64,000 nucleotides of DNA from Candidatus Moanibacter sp. GTDB taxonomy: Bacteria > Verrucomicrobiota > Verrucomicrobiia > Opitutales > UBA2987. This document shows positions 1-10,970 of the stretch, piece after piece. Under the pieces are notes generated by a model. The model saw nothing but the letters and a program-made list of their open reading frames with translations. It had not been told where the DNA came from and searched no databases. Every line of letters begins with the position of its first letter. Position 1 is the first letter of the stretch. The stretch spans positions 224,001 through 288,000 of the forward strand of contig CBDCEW010000104.1 in NCBI GenBank assembly GCA_965215885.1, read 5' to 3'. The translations under genes and the position numbers were made by a program.

Positions 1-419
1 AAGAGGGTCGTATTTATGATCGGCTCGATAAGATAGTTGAAATTATCGAAAAATCCGGTAGCGAGGGTAGACTGACCGGACTGACAAGAGCACGCAAAGC
101 TTCCCTGTATTTTACGGAGAATTGCCAGGTACGGCACCCCTATGGTAAATCGACTTTGAACGGCCAGGATGCCGTGGCCGGTACCGTGGCGAGTCTTCGA
201 AACTTTGCCAATTCGATCTCAATTTCAATTTGGCAGCGCACCCTGGATATTTCCTCGGGCGAACATTCGGCCAGTTTGAGCATTCGCGCGAAAGCCAAAG
301 TCAGTTTCCCGGATGGTGATGAAACGGCTGAACAGCAATTTCTCATAGAGTGGGTGAAGCTGGGAGGAGAGTGGTATATCCAGAGCGTTTCGGTGCCTGT
401 TCGAACAGATTCTATTTAG
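1..419 (+). CDS. Partial hypothetical protein, NTF2/SnoaL-like (5' end outside window)
   Basis: Frame is open from base 3 (EGRIYDRLDKIV...) to the stop at 417-419; the C-terminal ...IEWVKLGGEWYIQSV is typical of NTF2-like folds. Confidence 0.5.
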   Translation, partial: EGRIYDRLDKIVEIIEKSGSEGRLTGLTRARKASLYFTENCQVRHPYGKSTLNGQDAVAGTVASLRNFANSISISIWQRTLDISSGEHSASLSIRAKAKVSFPDGDETAEQQFLIEWVKLGGEWYIQSVSVPVRTDSI

Positions 420-437
420 ACCCTGTTCGAACAGGCT

Positions 438-619
438 CTAGCCCGGACATTTCACACACTTCGTAGCGAGACTGCGTAGATTGGTGCGTATCAATGCCTT
501 TCAGCAGGGCGGCGGGTGACAGCGTGTTGGAACCCTCTGAGGTCGCCGTGCAAGGGAAGGCTTTGATACGCAGTGAGATCCGCGGTCGTAGTAGAAGGTT
601 TGTGAAATGTTCGGGCTAG
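438..619. mobile_element. MITE family A, copy 1 (182 bp)
   Basis: Terminal IRs CTAGCCCGGACATTTCACA / TGTGAAATGTTCGGGCTAG; homologous inverted copy at 53323-53488. Confidence 0.8.
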
Positions 620-2553
620 TTAACCCGCAGCTGCAGAGTATAGTGGTCAAGCAATTTTCTGTCCCACCAGGCACCAGTGGTTCTTTTCGTTTCGGGATCT
701 GAGAAGGTGTAATGGTAGAGAAGGAGTCGAATCAACCGTGGAGGACTTTCGGGGAAAGGGTTTTCCTCGAGTAGTGAAAGGACGGTGGGGTTGTTGTTCG
801 ACAGCTCCTCAATAAGCCGCGAGAACCATGGAAGTGAAGTCCGGAATGACCGATTTCGTTCGATACGCAGGCCGGCGAACCACATTTGCCAATCGAGTCT
901 CGGCATATGTGGGGTCATGAATTCCGGTGCCGCGGTAGGATCGACCGGTTTCCATTTGAAAATATACGGCTTCCAGTTCAGGCCGTCCTCGCTCCCCTCG
1001 ATGATGATCTCGGGACGAGTCTTCGTCATGACACGAAAGAGTCCGTAGGGATTAACGATATGAAGTCTGCGGATTTTCTGTCTTGTTTTGCGAACCCACT
1101 CCGGAGGATCTTGCTGCACTTTTTCCCGATTTTGGCGATTACCGCGAAAGTCATTGCGCAGGTAGTAGGCTCCCATCCAGACGATCACGAGCGTTAGGGG
1201 GCAGAGAAGAACCAGCCTAGGCAGTCGAATGAGGAAGGGAGAATTCCCAGGTTTTCGGAGCGCGGTGGTGAGTTTTCGAAGTGAATCTGGTAAACTCTGA
1301 TCATCAATGAGAGGGACGCAGAGCACGATTGTGAGGAGATTGAAGAATCCATAATTACCACTGGCGGCAATGAGAATTTGGAAGAGAACCAAACCGAAAA
1401 ATCCTACGATTCGAAATCTGCGGGGTAACCATATGAGAAAAGGGCACGCCAACTCGGCAGCAAACATGAACCAGAGAGAGATCTTGTGCATCCAGTTTGG
1501 TAGGTGATGAAAGTACCAGCTGGTCCAGGAAGGTATCGGTTGGGACCAATAGTGATAATTTAGGGCTGTCAGATCACGCCAGGTATTCTCGCTGTTTGCG
1601 CCGTAGTAGGTGAGTTTGACCAGACCGGACTCGAACATGAGTTTGAAAAGGAGCAGCCAGATGAGCCAGCGGGCCAGATGTGAAGGTAGAGGTCGAGTGG
1701 AGAGTCGGTCCCACCAGACGAAGGGGACGAGAAAGATGGTGAGGAAGACGGTCTCGAGGAGCAGGATGTCCCATTGAAAGGAAAGAAAGGGTCTCCCCAC
1801 TGTCATGAGTGACAGGTATATAGCCCATACGGAAATCGCCGCGATGGGAGCGGCCACACCGATAGTGAGTAGAATCGAAGCGATGATTCCCAAGGTGAAG
1901 AGGAAATTCAGCGCCTCCTGAGACTGGTTTAGCCAGATGAGAGTCGGGTAATGCCAGTATTTTGAGACCTCTACTTCATTTCGTTCCCAGTGTCGGTCGA
2001 CATTTTGGAGAAGATCCGTGAAAGGCAGGATTCCATTCTCTCCGATCAGACCATCCGCCTGGGTCCAATAGGAAATAAGAGCAAAGAGGGCGGTGACTCC
2101 GACCAGCCTGATGAATAGCCAGCTTGAAAACTGGTAAGTTGGAGGCGTTACGTCTCGTCCCCAGAGAAGGCGGGTGAAAACGGAAAAGAAATAGCGGTTT
2201 CGAGCGACCAAGGAGTAGCCGACGTTTGAAATACGCGCGAAAAGAGGCCAATCGCGGTAGAGCCGAATACCCAGACCCCTAAAAGGTAGATTCTCCAAAC
2301 CCTTGAAGACAGCTTCAACTCCCGCATATACGCCGCCGTCGAGATCAACCAGCTGGACCCCCTTGGTAAACTCCTCGAGGCGGATTTCCGGGAATCGTTC
2401 AGCGACCTCCTGGAAAGGGGCGTAATCAATCTCGTCGCCCGTCATGACTTTCCATCGCTCAATCCAGCGACAGCAAAAGACACATTCGCCGTCGTAAATC
2501 ATGAGTGGGCGTTTCGACGGCGGACTTTTGACAGATTTACGGGTTGGCTTCAA
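616..2553 (-). CDS. Lipase maturation factor (LMF) family membrane protein with N-terminal DCC thiol-disulfide oxidoreductase domain
   Basis: N-terminal YDGECVFC (DxxCxxC); LMF motifs FQWDILLLE, YHYWSQP, PHMPRLDWQMWF. Confidence 0.9.
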   Translation of the reverse strand: MKPTRKSVKSPPSKRPLMIYDGECVFCCRWIERWKVMTGDEIDYAPFQEVAERFPEIRLEEFTKGVQLVDLDGGVYAGVEAVFKGLENLPFRGLGIRLYRDWPLFARISNVGYSLVARNRYFFSVFTRLLWGRDVTPPTYQFSSWLFIRLVGVTALFALISYWTQADGLIGENGILPFTDLLQNVDRHWERNEVEVSKYWHYPTLIWLNQSQEALNFLFTLGIIASILLTIGVAAPIAAISVWAIYLSLMTVGRPFLSFQWDILLLETVFLTIFLVPFVWWDRLSTRPLPSHLARWLIWLLLFKLMFESGLVKLTYYGANSENTWRDLTALNYHYWSQPIPSWTSWYFHHLPNWMHKISLWFMFAAELACPFLIWLPRRFRIVGFFGLVLFQILIAASGNYGFFNLLTIVLCVPLIDDQSLPDSLRKLTTALRKPGNSPFLIRLPRLVLLCPLTLVIVWMGAYYLRNDFRGNRQNREKVQQDPPEWVRKTRQKIRRLHIVNPYGLFRVMTKTRPEIIIEGSEDGLNWKPYIFKWKPVDPTAAPEFMTPHMPRLDWQMWFAGLRIERNRSFRTSLPWFSRLIEELSNNNPTVLSLLEENPFPESPPRLIRLLLYHYTFSDPETKRTTGAWWDRKLLDHYTLQLRVN

Positions 2554-2800
2554 TGGGCCTTCAATTAAGCGAGCACTACTGGTCCCGGCAAGCGGGGATC
2601 GGACTTTACCCCTCTTTCGAAAGATTCACTGAATTTCTATCTGACAGGCTGCTAGAGACAAGAAAATGAAACTGAAAATTGCTGGAAGAGAACTTTAAAT
2701 CGCAAAGTCCGACAGATTCCGCGGGATGGCTGCAATTTTATGGATCGGCTAAAATCGGTTAAGGTGGACCGACAAAAGGGCGATAAGAGATAGAGAAGTA

Positions 2801-3670
2801 ATGCCTATGGAAACTATTACACGGGCTGACTGTGATGCCTTGGAGACCTGTCGAAAAGTCCTGACGAGACGGATCGACTCGGATGAGCTCAGGTTGCCGG
2901 TATTACCGCAGGTTGCGGGTCAGGTAGTGTCACTCTCCAATGACCCCAATGCGGAATTGGGTGAGTTATCCTCCCTGATTCATCAGGATCAGGCTTTGGC
3001 CGGGCATCTCTTGCGGATTTCCAATTCTGTTGCCTATCGAGGCGGTGAGACGATCGTTTCCTTGCAGCAGGCCGTGACTCGCTTAGGTATGCAAATCCTA
3101 AGCGACATGGCAATGGCCGTTTCGGTACAGGGTGAAGATCTTCGCGTCCCTGGGTATGAAGATGAAGTGAAATTTCTGTTGCACCATGCTCTTGCCTCGG
3201 GAGCCTACGGCAGGGAAGTCGCACGCATGAGCCGTCGCAATGTGGAGAGTCAGTTCCTTTGCGGTTTGCTTCACACGATAGGGAAGCCCATTGTATTAAA
3301 GGCAGTTGCCGAGATTCAGGATTTGATCGCGCTTTCCCTCAGCAGGGAGGAAATTGATGAACTGCTGGATGAATTCCACTGCCCCATCGGGTTGAGTGTG
3401 GCGCAGAAGTGGAAATTGCCTCGCCCGGTGCAGATCTCAATATCCTGTTACCGGAACTATTCCGAAGCTACCGAATTCCGCGATCAGACAGCGATGACTT
3501 ACCTGGCCGATCGGCTCGCAACTTGGGCCGTCTTTCCCGAGAAACTACCGACCGCGAAAGCCATCGACGATCCAGTGTTTGCTGATCTGAACTTCTACCC
3601 TGAGGACATCGAAGCGCTTCTGGGTAGGAAAGGCGAAATACTTGAGATCGTAGCGGCTATGCAGATATGA
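2801..3670 (+). CDS. HDOD domain protein
   Basis: LPVLPQVA, DQALAGHLLRISNS, SLQQAVTRLG, GLLHTIGK. Confidence 0.9.
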   Translation: MPMETITRADCDALETCRKVLTRRIDSDELRLPVLPQVAGQVVSLSNDPNAELGELSSLIHQDQALAGHLLRISNSVAYRGGETIVSLQQAVTRLGMQILSDMAMAVSVQGEDLRVPGYEDEVKFLLHHALASGAYGREVARMSRRNVESQFLCGLLHTIGKPIVLKAVAEIQDLIALSLSREEIDELLDEFHCPIGLSVAQKWKLPRPVQISISCYRNYSEATEFRDQTAMTYLADRLATWAVFPEKLPTAKAIDDPVFADLNFYPEDIEALLGRKGEILEIVAAMQI

Positions 3671-5107
3671 TTGGCCAAGCGCGTTTCGACATCATCGTTA
3701 TCGGTAGTGGGCCCGGTGGGCAGAAAGCTGCCATCCAGGGAGCCAAGGCAGGTAAAAAAGTGGCCATCGTTGATCGTGAGCCCAATATCGGTGGCGCTTG
3801 CGTTTACCGCGGAACAATTCCGAGTAAGACCCTGCGTGAATCTGCGCTTACCATGGTGAGTCTTAAGCGAAGCGCCGGTGTCGTCGACTATGCCATAAGA
3901 GAGGAGTTGGAAGTGTCCAGTCTCATGGCACGTCTCGATAAGGTCCTGGGCGCACACAATGCGTTTATAACCAAGCATCTCCAAGATAACGGGATCGAGC
4001 TGTTTCACGGCCGTGCCAAAATCGTCGGCCCGCACGAAGTCTATCTACTTTCCGTTAATGGCTCCGTGGTTTCTTTGCAAGGGGATGTGATCGTGATCGC
4101 TTCGGGTTCACGGCCGCGCACCCCTCCCGACATTCCGGTTGATCATGAGAATGTCCTGGATAGCGACTCCATTCTCAGCATGATTTACTTTCCCAGGACA
4201 CTAACCGTTTTAGGTGGGGGGAGTAATCGCATCTGAGTACGCTTCCATATTCTCATTGCTTGGTGTTGAAGTGACGATGGTCGACAGAGCGCCTCGGCCC
4301 CTGATGTTTCTCGATGAGGAGATTACCTGTAAATTCGTTGCAAGTTTTCGAAGATTCGGAGGACGTTATCTGGGAGAAGAGCAGGTAAGATCGGTGCGAT
4401 GGGACGGAGTCTCGCAGGTGAAGACAGAACTGGAATCCGGCGAGGTAATCGATTCCGACAAAATGCTTGTGGCGCTGGGCCGTTCGGCCAATGTCGAAGG
4501 ACTCGGTTTGGATGATTTGAACATCGAGCAGGATGGACGGGGCCAGATTGTGGTTGACGAGGAATATCGCACAAATGTTCGCAATATCTATGCTGTGGGC
4601 GATGTGATCGGTCCGCCAGCTCTAGCATCCTGCAGCATGGAGCAGGGGCGAAGAGCGATATGTCACGCCTTAAATATTGAAGTCGGACACTCCTTCGAGG
4701 TTGTCCCAATGGGTGTTTATGCAGTGCCTGAGTTGGCAAGTGTGGGACTATCGGAGAAGCAGGCGCGGGAGAAATATGGCGAGATAATCGTGGGTCGTGC
4801 CGACTTTGAAGAGATCGCTCGGGGACAGATCGCGGGTATCCAGGATGGCCTTCTGAAGATTGTGGGCGATGTGGAAGGGCGAAGGCTGTTGGGAGTCCAG
4901 ATTGTAGGCGACGGGGCGACCGATCTTATCCATTTAGGAGAAATGGCACTGCTAAACGGAAACGAAGTGGGGATTTTTCTCGATAATGTCATGAATTTTC
5001 CAACCTTGGCGGAAGCGTATCGAGTAGCGGCGTTAAATCTGATCAATAAAGTGCCCGAACATTCCCGCCGGACCTCACCGACGTCTCAGCCAGTACTCGC
5101 AGGTTAG
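3667..5107 (+). CDS. sthA: Soluble pyridine nucleotide transhydrogenase, with a +1 frameshift in a G6 run at ~4216-4221 (sequencing error or pseudogene)
   Basis: GSGPGG, GGACVYRGTIPSK (only one Cys, SthA-type), GGGVIASEYA restored across the two ORFs, NFPTLAEAYRVAA. Confidence 0.85.
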
Positions 5108-5165
5108 TGGGTCCCGAGGCGGGTTATTGCTGGCCGCGAGTGTGAACGTTGAGACACGGCCAATT

Positions 5166-6617
5166 TTACCGCCACAGCCGTGGCAGTTGGTTCATCAGTG
5201 TAATGGCGGTGAAGTAGCCGAAAAATCCGCAGGCCCAGAACATAGCCACTTTGCGCACCAGCCCCATGGCCAGGGGCCCGCGCAGCACGCGGTTGTTCAT
5301 CCAGAGGAGGAGCACCGAATAGAGCAACATGACGCCACCGTTGAGCGACGCGCTCAGTACCAGCAGCACAAGTGGCTGATTAAATCCCTCGATGAACAGC
5401 CCCGCCAGCATGATTATACAACCGAGCGCGATCTGAATCCAGAGGAGCAAAAAGTAGAGCCGGTTGTCGGACCACTTTTCGTTTTCCCTCAGCCAGTTCA
5501 CCTTGATGATATCGGTGGATATTCGAGCCCCGGCATCCAGCAGTCCGAGTTCCGTGGTGAGCAGGATTGCGATGCCCATCCAATGGAAGAAATGCTGGAA
5601 GATTCCCCCGTAATGAATGCCGATATAATTGCCTTCGACGCCGATAAATCCCATACCTCTCTCCAGGCCGGGGGTATGCCGCGTCGTGGCGTAGGAAATC
5701 AGCGACAGCAGCATGAGGGAGAGGACCGAAAGCAGGTAGAATGTGATGAGGTGCTCGTAGTTGGCCGCTTTCCACCAGGACCGCCAACGACCCAGATTCT
5801 TCTCCGTGAGCTCGAAGTGGAAGCCGATTCCGGAGACCACTTCCGCCTTGCCAGTTAGCGGGCTGGTGAGCCGGCCGATGTAGGCGCCCATGGCGTAGCC
5901 TTTATCGCGTAGAAAATCGCTCTGTGCCAGATTCATTGTGCCGCCCGCGCCGGCGAAGGCGATGGCACCCAGGAGCAATTGCAGATCCATCCCCTCCGGG
6001 ATGTAGCCGACATTTGCGATGCCCTTGAACATATCGACGACGTGAACCAGATCGACGACGAGAAAGAATATTACGACAAGGAAAAGGAGGACGCAGCCGA
6101 CCAGCACGATTTGAATGCGCTCCACGGTATTGTAGACGACCGGCCCAAGGGTAAGCACCAACCCGACGGCGATGAGGCTGAGAATAGAATAAACAACCCG
6201 AACCGTTTCACCTCCGCCAATCTCCCATGTCAGCAGCGTGGCCGCGCCTGAAGCCCATCCGGGCCACATCCAGGGTATTACATTGCAGAGCAGGAAAATC
6301 CAGGCCCAATTCTTCCACAACCTGCAGAAACCGGTCACCGCTGTTTCGCCCGTGGCCAGAGTCCAGCGTTCAACCTCCATATTGATAAAATACTGCGTCG
6401 TCACTCCCAGCATGCAGGCCCAGAATATGACGAAGCCGAACTTGTAGGTTATATAGGGCCACAACACGAATTCGCCGCTCCCTAGCGCCAAACCCAGGAG
6501 GAGGACGCTCGGGCCGAGCAAGCGCTTCCAATGGGGCGCCTCCGGGAGATCGCGGTAGCTGGCGGGCGGCAGATTGTGGCACGGGATAATTTCGTGGGGT
6601 ACGTTCTCTTCGCTCAT
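5166..6617 (-). CDS. NRAMP/MntH-like (APC superfamily) permease
   Basis: GPSVLLLGLALGSGEFVLWP; multiple transmembrane segments. Confidence 0.75.
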   Translation of the reverse strand: MSEENVPHEIIPCHNLPPASYRDLPEAPHWKRLLGPSVLLLGLALGSGEFVLWPYITYKFGFVIFWACMLGVTTQYFINMEVERWTLATGETAVTGFCRLWKNWAWIFLLCNVIPWMWPGWASGAATLLTWEIGGGETVRVVYSILSLIAVGLVLTLGPVVYNTVERIQIVLVGCVLLFLVVIFFLVVDLVHVVDMFKGIANVGYIPEGMDLQLLLGAIAFAGAGGTMNLAQSDFLRDKGYAMGAYIGRLTSPLTGKAEVVSGIGFHFELTEKNLGRWRSWWKAANYEHLITFYLLSVLSLMLLSLISYATTRHTPGLERGMGFIGVEGNYIGIHYGGIFQHFFHWMGIAILLTTELGLLDAGARISTDIIKVNWLRENEKWSDNRLYFLLLWIQIALGCIIMLAGLFIEGFNQPLVLLVLSASLNGGVMLLYSVLLLWMNNRVLRGPLAMGLVRKVAMFWACGFFGYFTAITLMNQLPRLWR

Positions 6618-6823
6618 ATTATTAAGAAAAGCCTATTGGAGAATCAAATTGCCCACTGTTGCAAGTGCTTTGAGTTTCCCTCGAAAGCGGGAGCAGCAGT
6701 GAAATAAGCAGACCAGGGGAGCCACTGACGCCTCGGACGAGTCGAATAATGTTGCAGAAGTTACGGATGATAAAAAGGGTTAGTCTCGAATTCGTGTATT
6801 AAGTCCGACAGATTCCTAAAGGC

Positions 6824-7915
6824 ATGACCACACGTTCATCTTCGATTCACGATCTAGCTACCCCTGCATTGGTACTCGATTGGGCAACAGCACAACGAAA
6901 CATCAAAGGAGCAGCCGAGTTCGTCCAGGATAAAGAGGTGCGGCTGAGACCGCACTTCAAAAATCATAAGCGCGTATCACTGGCCCGCGAACAGTTGTCC
7001 GCTGGTGGGTGCGTAGGAATGACAACGGCCACTCTAGTAGAGGCGGAGGCGTTAGTCAAAGGCGGGATCGACGACGTATTGATTGCGAATCAGATCGTTG
7101 GTGCAACGAACATCATCCGCCTCCTCGAACTGGCCAAGCGGTCTAAACTACGTGTCGCTGTCGACAATATCGCCAATGCCGAGATGATTGCCAAAGCGGC
7201 GCAGGGTCAAGGTATTGAAATCGGCGTGTTGATCGAGGTCGATGTAGGTATGGGCCGGTGCGGAGTGGCTCCGGGTGACGCGACTGTCGAGCTTGCCGAG
7301 AAAATCTCACCGCTTTCAGGGATTCGACTGGATGGGCTCCAAGCTTACGAAGGACATGCCGTCGGCATCGTCGATCCGATCGAAAGGGAATCAGTTGCTA
7401 CGGCGTCTATCGAAAAGGCGACCCGATCGCGACGGCAGCTCGAGGCGGAGGGATTCGAATGTGGAATCGTCTCCAGCGCTGGTACCGGCACTTTTCGTAC
7501 TACCGGGTTACTTGAAGGTGTCACGGAGCTACAGGTCGGCAGCTATGTGACAATGGACTGGAGCTACAAGGAAAGGGTTGGAGATCAATTCGATATTGCC
7601 CTTACCATTCTGGCTAGTGTGATAAGCGTTCGCGAAGATCATTTCGTAGTCAATGCCGGGTGCAAGGCCATCGGGCACGAAATGGGACCGCCCAGGCTGC
7701 GAGATTTTGCGAGTGCGGAAATTCCGAGATTCGGTGCCGAAGAACATACCGTGGTGCACCTTCCCGCACACAACCTCAAAGTCGGTGACGTTGTTCATGT
7801 AATCCCAAGTCATTGTTGCATGACCTGTGCACTTCATCGCGACATGGTCGTTTATGAGGGCGAACGCATCCGCGATATCTGGCAGGCCGATGTGGGCTAT
7901 GGCCGGTCAAGATGA
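6824..7915 (+). CDS. DSD1/D-threonine aldolase-like PLP enzyme (alanine racemase fold)
   Basis: TPALVLD, LRPHFKNHK, EVDVGMGRCG, QAYEGH, IPSHCC. Confidence 0.88.
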   Translation: MTTRSSSIHDLATPALVLDWATAQRNIKGAAEFVQDKEVRLRPHFKNHKRVSLAREQLSAGGCVGMTTATLVEAEALVKGGIDDVLIANQIVGATNIIRLLELAKRSKLRVAVDNIANAEMIAKAAQGQGIEIGVLIEVDVGMGRCGVAPGDATVELAEKISPLSGIRLDGLQAYEGHAVGIVDPIERESVATASIEKATRSRRQLEAEGFECGIVSSAGTGTFRTTGLLEGVTELQVGSYVTMDWSYKERVGDQFDIALTILASVISVREDHFVVNAGCKAIGHEMGPPRLRDFASAEIPRFGAEEHTVVHLPAHNLKVGDVVHVIPSHCCMTCALHRDMVVYEGERIRDIWQADVGYGRSR

Positions 7916-7943
7916 CGATAAGTGATTGAGTATAGGTTCCGCG

Positions 7944-9401
7944 ATGGAAAAGATCGACATTCCACAGAGCGAAGGAATCTTCAATCAGCCCTGGTCTTTC
8001 AAGAAGATCCTGGGTCTCCTTGCCATTTTCGGTCCGGCCGCCATCTTGGCTTCGGTATCGATTGGCGCGGGTGAGACGATAGTCGTTGTGCGAGCGGGTG
8101 CCTGGGCTGGTTATAACCTGCTTTGGCTCGTGCTCCTCAGCTGCTTGGTGAAGGGGTTGTTCGTTACTTATTTGATGGGCCGATACACGGCCGTCAGCGG
8201 GGAACACATCGGCCACCGGTTGGTGCGGCTTCCGGGACCTCGAGGCTGGCTATTGTTGTCGCTGCTGATTTTCGAGATGATCGGTGCGCCTCTTGCCTGG
8301 GTGCCTATCGCGAAGCCCTGCGGTGATCTCTTCCACCACCTCATGAGCAATATGCTGACGGCTTCCATTCCTGAAGCGACGTGGGAGAATATCATTACGT
8401 CAGGATTCATTGCATTGGCCTTGAGCCTCAGCTTGAGACTCTCATTTGAGAGGCTGGAAAAACAGCAGCTTACAATATGTGCCATCCTCGTTTTCGGAAC
8501 TCTTCTAGGCACGCTGTTCGTGCGTCCGGATTTCTTCAAGTCCCTTCTCGGCAGTCTTAGCTTTGGTTATCTGCCTCCCTTTCCGGCCTGGGCACCCGAG
8601 GACGCTATCAGGCACCCCATGTTGACGATGGCCACGACCTTCGGTTACGTCGGTGGATCGGTGATCAGCTATATTGTCTACGCCAATTGGGTGAGCATGC
8701 ACGGCTGGGGATTGTCCGGACACCGAAAAATCGAAGAGATCCGTCGGCATGCCTTCACCCGGGAACGTATCGACTATCTTCCGGAGGATCCCGAGCAGGT
8801 CAGGCGATTAAGGCAATCGATATTGCCGTTGCGATGGGATGTCAGTATGGGCGCCATTGTGCTCTTCATCGTCACGGGAACCTTCATGATATCCGGCGCC
8901 GCGGTTCTCTATCCGTTGGAGACACGATTCGAGGGGTGGAGCCTGTTAACTAATCAGGCCCATGTTTGGAGCAATATCCATCCGACCCTGGTTTGGATCT
9001 ACTATGTCTGCATTATCGCGGCGCTTTGGGGCACATTGCAGGCCTTGCCGGAGGCCTATGCCCGCGTCGGCCAGGAATTCTTCCAGGCGATGTGGCCTGA
9101 TCGCACTTGGGAATACAAAAAACTCAAGCGAATCATCTGCCTCTACCTCTTCGCAACCACCATGCTTATCGTCTGGAACAATATCCCCTTTGACATTCTC
9201 ACGCAGATCGCCGGTTTCCTAATCGCCAATCTCGCCATTGCCATGGTCATGGCAGCGGCGCTCTATCTCAACTTCAAACTGCCCCGGGTTCTCCGCACGC
9301 ACCCGATCGTTCTCTTCTGCGCCATAGTCTCGACCCTCGTGCTCTTCGCCTTCACCGTCATCAGCGGATGGAGCCTGGTGGACAAATTTGCGGGAGGCTG
9401 A
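7944..9401 (+). CDS. NRAMP-like permease
   Basis: FGPAAILASVSIGAGE; polytopic membrane protein; ATG at 7944. Confidence 0.75.
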   Translation: MEKIDIPQSEGIFNQPWSFKKILGLLAIFGPAAILASVSIGAGETIVVVRAGAWAGYNLLWLVLLSCLVKGLFVTYLMGRYTAVSGEHIGHRLVRLPGPRGWLLLSLLIFEMIGAPLAWVPIAKPCGDLFHHLMSNMLTASIPEATWENIITSGFIALALSLSLRLSFERLEKQQLTICAILVFGTLLGTLFVRPDFFKSLLGSLSFGYLPPFPAWAPEDAIRHPMLTMATTFGYVGGSVISYIVYANWVSMHGWGLSGHRKIEEIRRHAFTRERIDYLPEDPEQVRRLRQSILPLRWDVSMGAIVLFIVTGTFMISGAAVLYPLETRFEGWSLLTNQAHVWSNIHPTLVWIYYVCIIAALWGTLQALPEAYARVGQEFFQAMWPDRTWEYKKLKRIICLYLFATTMLIVWNNIPFDILTQIAGFLIANLAIAMVMAAALYLNFKLPRVLRTHPIVLFCAIVSTLVLFAFTVISGWSLVDKFAGG

Positions 9402-9403
9402 GG

Positions 9404-10749
9404 TCACATACCGATCTGTTCTCCGACATCAACAATCACTTCCTGGAGAACGTCGACGATCTGTCTCAGGTGCCTTTCCTCGACCGTAAACGGTGGGCTG
9501 ATCGCGATATGGTCGCCGGCCACCCCATCGATTAGACCGGGAGCCCCAGGCATAATCAAAATCCCCTTATTGAAGGCGAGATCCACGATTTTTCCGGTCA
9601 CACCGTCTTGAGGGTCAAAAGGGGTTCGCTTCTTCTTATCGGCTACGAATTCGATCCCGATCAACAGACCCTTGCCGCGTACTTCTCCCACGATTGGCAA
9701 CTCCTCGAATGGCTTCAGTTCCTCGAGCAGAAGCTCACCCATGCGAGCGCACCGTTTCACCAGATCGTGTTTCTCGATATAGTTCAGGACGGCCAGCGCG
9801 GTCGCGCATGATAGGGGATTGCCGCCGTAAGTGTGCCCGTGCACAAAGCTCGTGGCCTTAGCGTAGATCGCATCGTAAATCCTCTCCGCCACAATGGTAG
9901 CGGCAATGGGAGTATAGCCGCTGCTGAGGCCTTTTCCGGTCGCCATGATATCCGGAATGACATCCCAGTGATTGATCCCGAAATTCGCCCCGGTCCTCCC
10001 GAAACCGGTCACGACCTCGTCGACGATCATGAGGATATTGTGCCGGTCGCAGATCTCTCGAATGGTGGGATAATACTCCGGTGGCGGGGTCAGCCCGGCG
10101 GCCGATGTCCCCAGGATAGGTTCGGCGATGAACGCGGAGATGCTGTCGCTTCCCTCCTGGTGAATCACTCGTTCCAACTCCTCGGCGCAGCTGACGTGGC
10201 ATTCCGGATAGGTTTTTCCCAGTGGGCAGCGGTAGCAATACGGGGGAGGAATGTGCGGAAAATCGAGCAGGTAGGGTACGTAGTCCACACGCCACGAAGT
10301 TCTTCCCGATAGCGACAGCGCCCAATAGTGTTGCCGTGCCAACTCTGCCAGCGAGTGACCACCTTGTATTTCCCGGGATTCCCTGTCTCAAGGTGGTATT
10401 TACGCGCGATCTTTATGGCCGATTCAGTCGCCTCTGATCCCCCCGAGACGAAGAATACTCTCTCGAGTCCCGGAGGAGTCATCTCTGAGATTTTTTCGGC
10501 GAGGTCGATCTGGGCCTCGCTGAGGAAGTGATGATAAGTGAAAGAGACCTTTCGCGCTTGATCGTGCATGGCGTCGATGACCTCCTTCACCCCGTGGCCA
10601 ATACTGACAACATGCACTCCCCCACAGGCGTCGAGGAAGCGTCTGCCGTCCGCATCGATCAGATAGACCCCATTTCCGTGTGAGATCCGGGGCCAGTGCT
10701 CCTTCAGGATGCGATGAAATATATGATCGTCGCCCCGTGCCTCTGCCAT
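9404..10749 (-). CDS. Class-III aminotransferase, with a 1-nt frameshift at ~10321-10323
   Basis: VSGGSEATE, SWHGNT, DEVVTGFGRTG, GKGLSSGY, HGHTYGG; one added base restores NTIGALSLSG. Confidence 0.85.
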
Positions 10750-10970
10750 GTTACTGCGAAAAGATTTCAGAATGTGTTTAGTGGATTTGCACGTGCCTTT
10801 GTGCCGCCGCGCGGCAGGACGCTCGGCGAATTTATTCTAACATATTGCGCGTTTTAGTTGACGCCAGATGCATATACTGATTACTAACACAGGACTGGAA
10901 TTATTCACCCCCAAATTCACCCTATATCAAGCAGGAGGTATTTCCTATGAAAAAGGGATCTTATTGTTTT

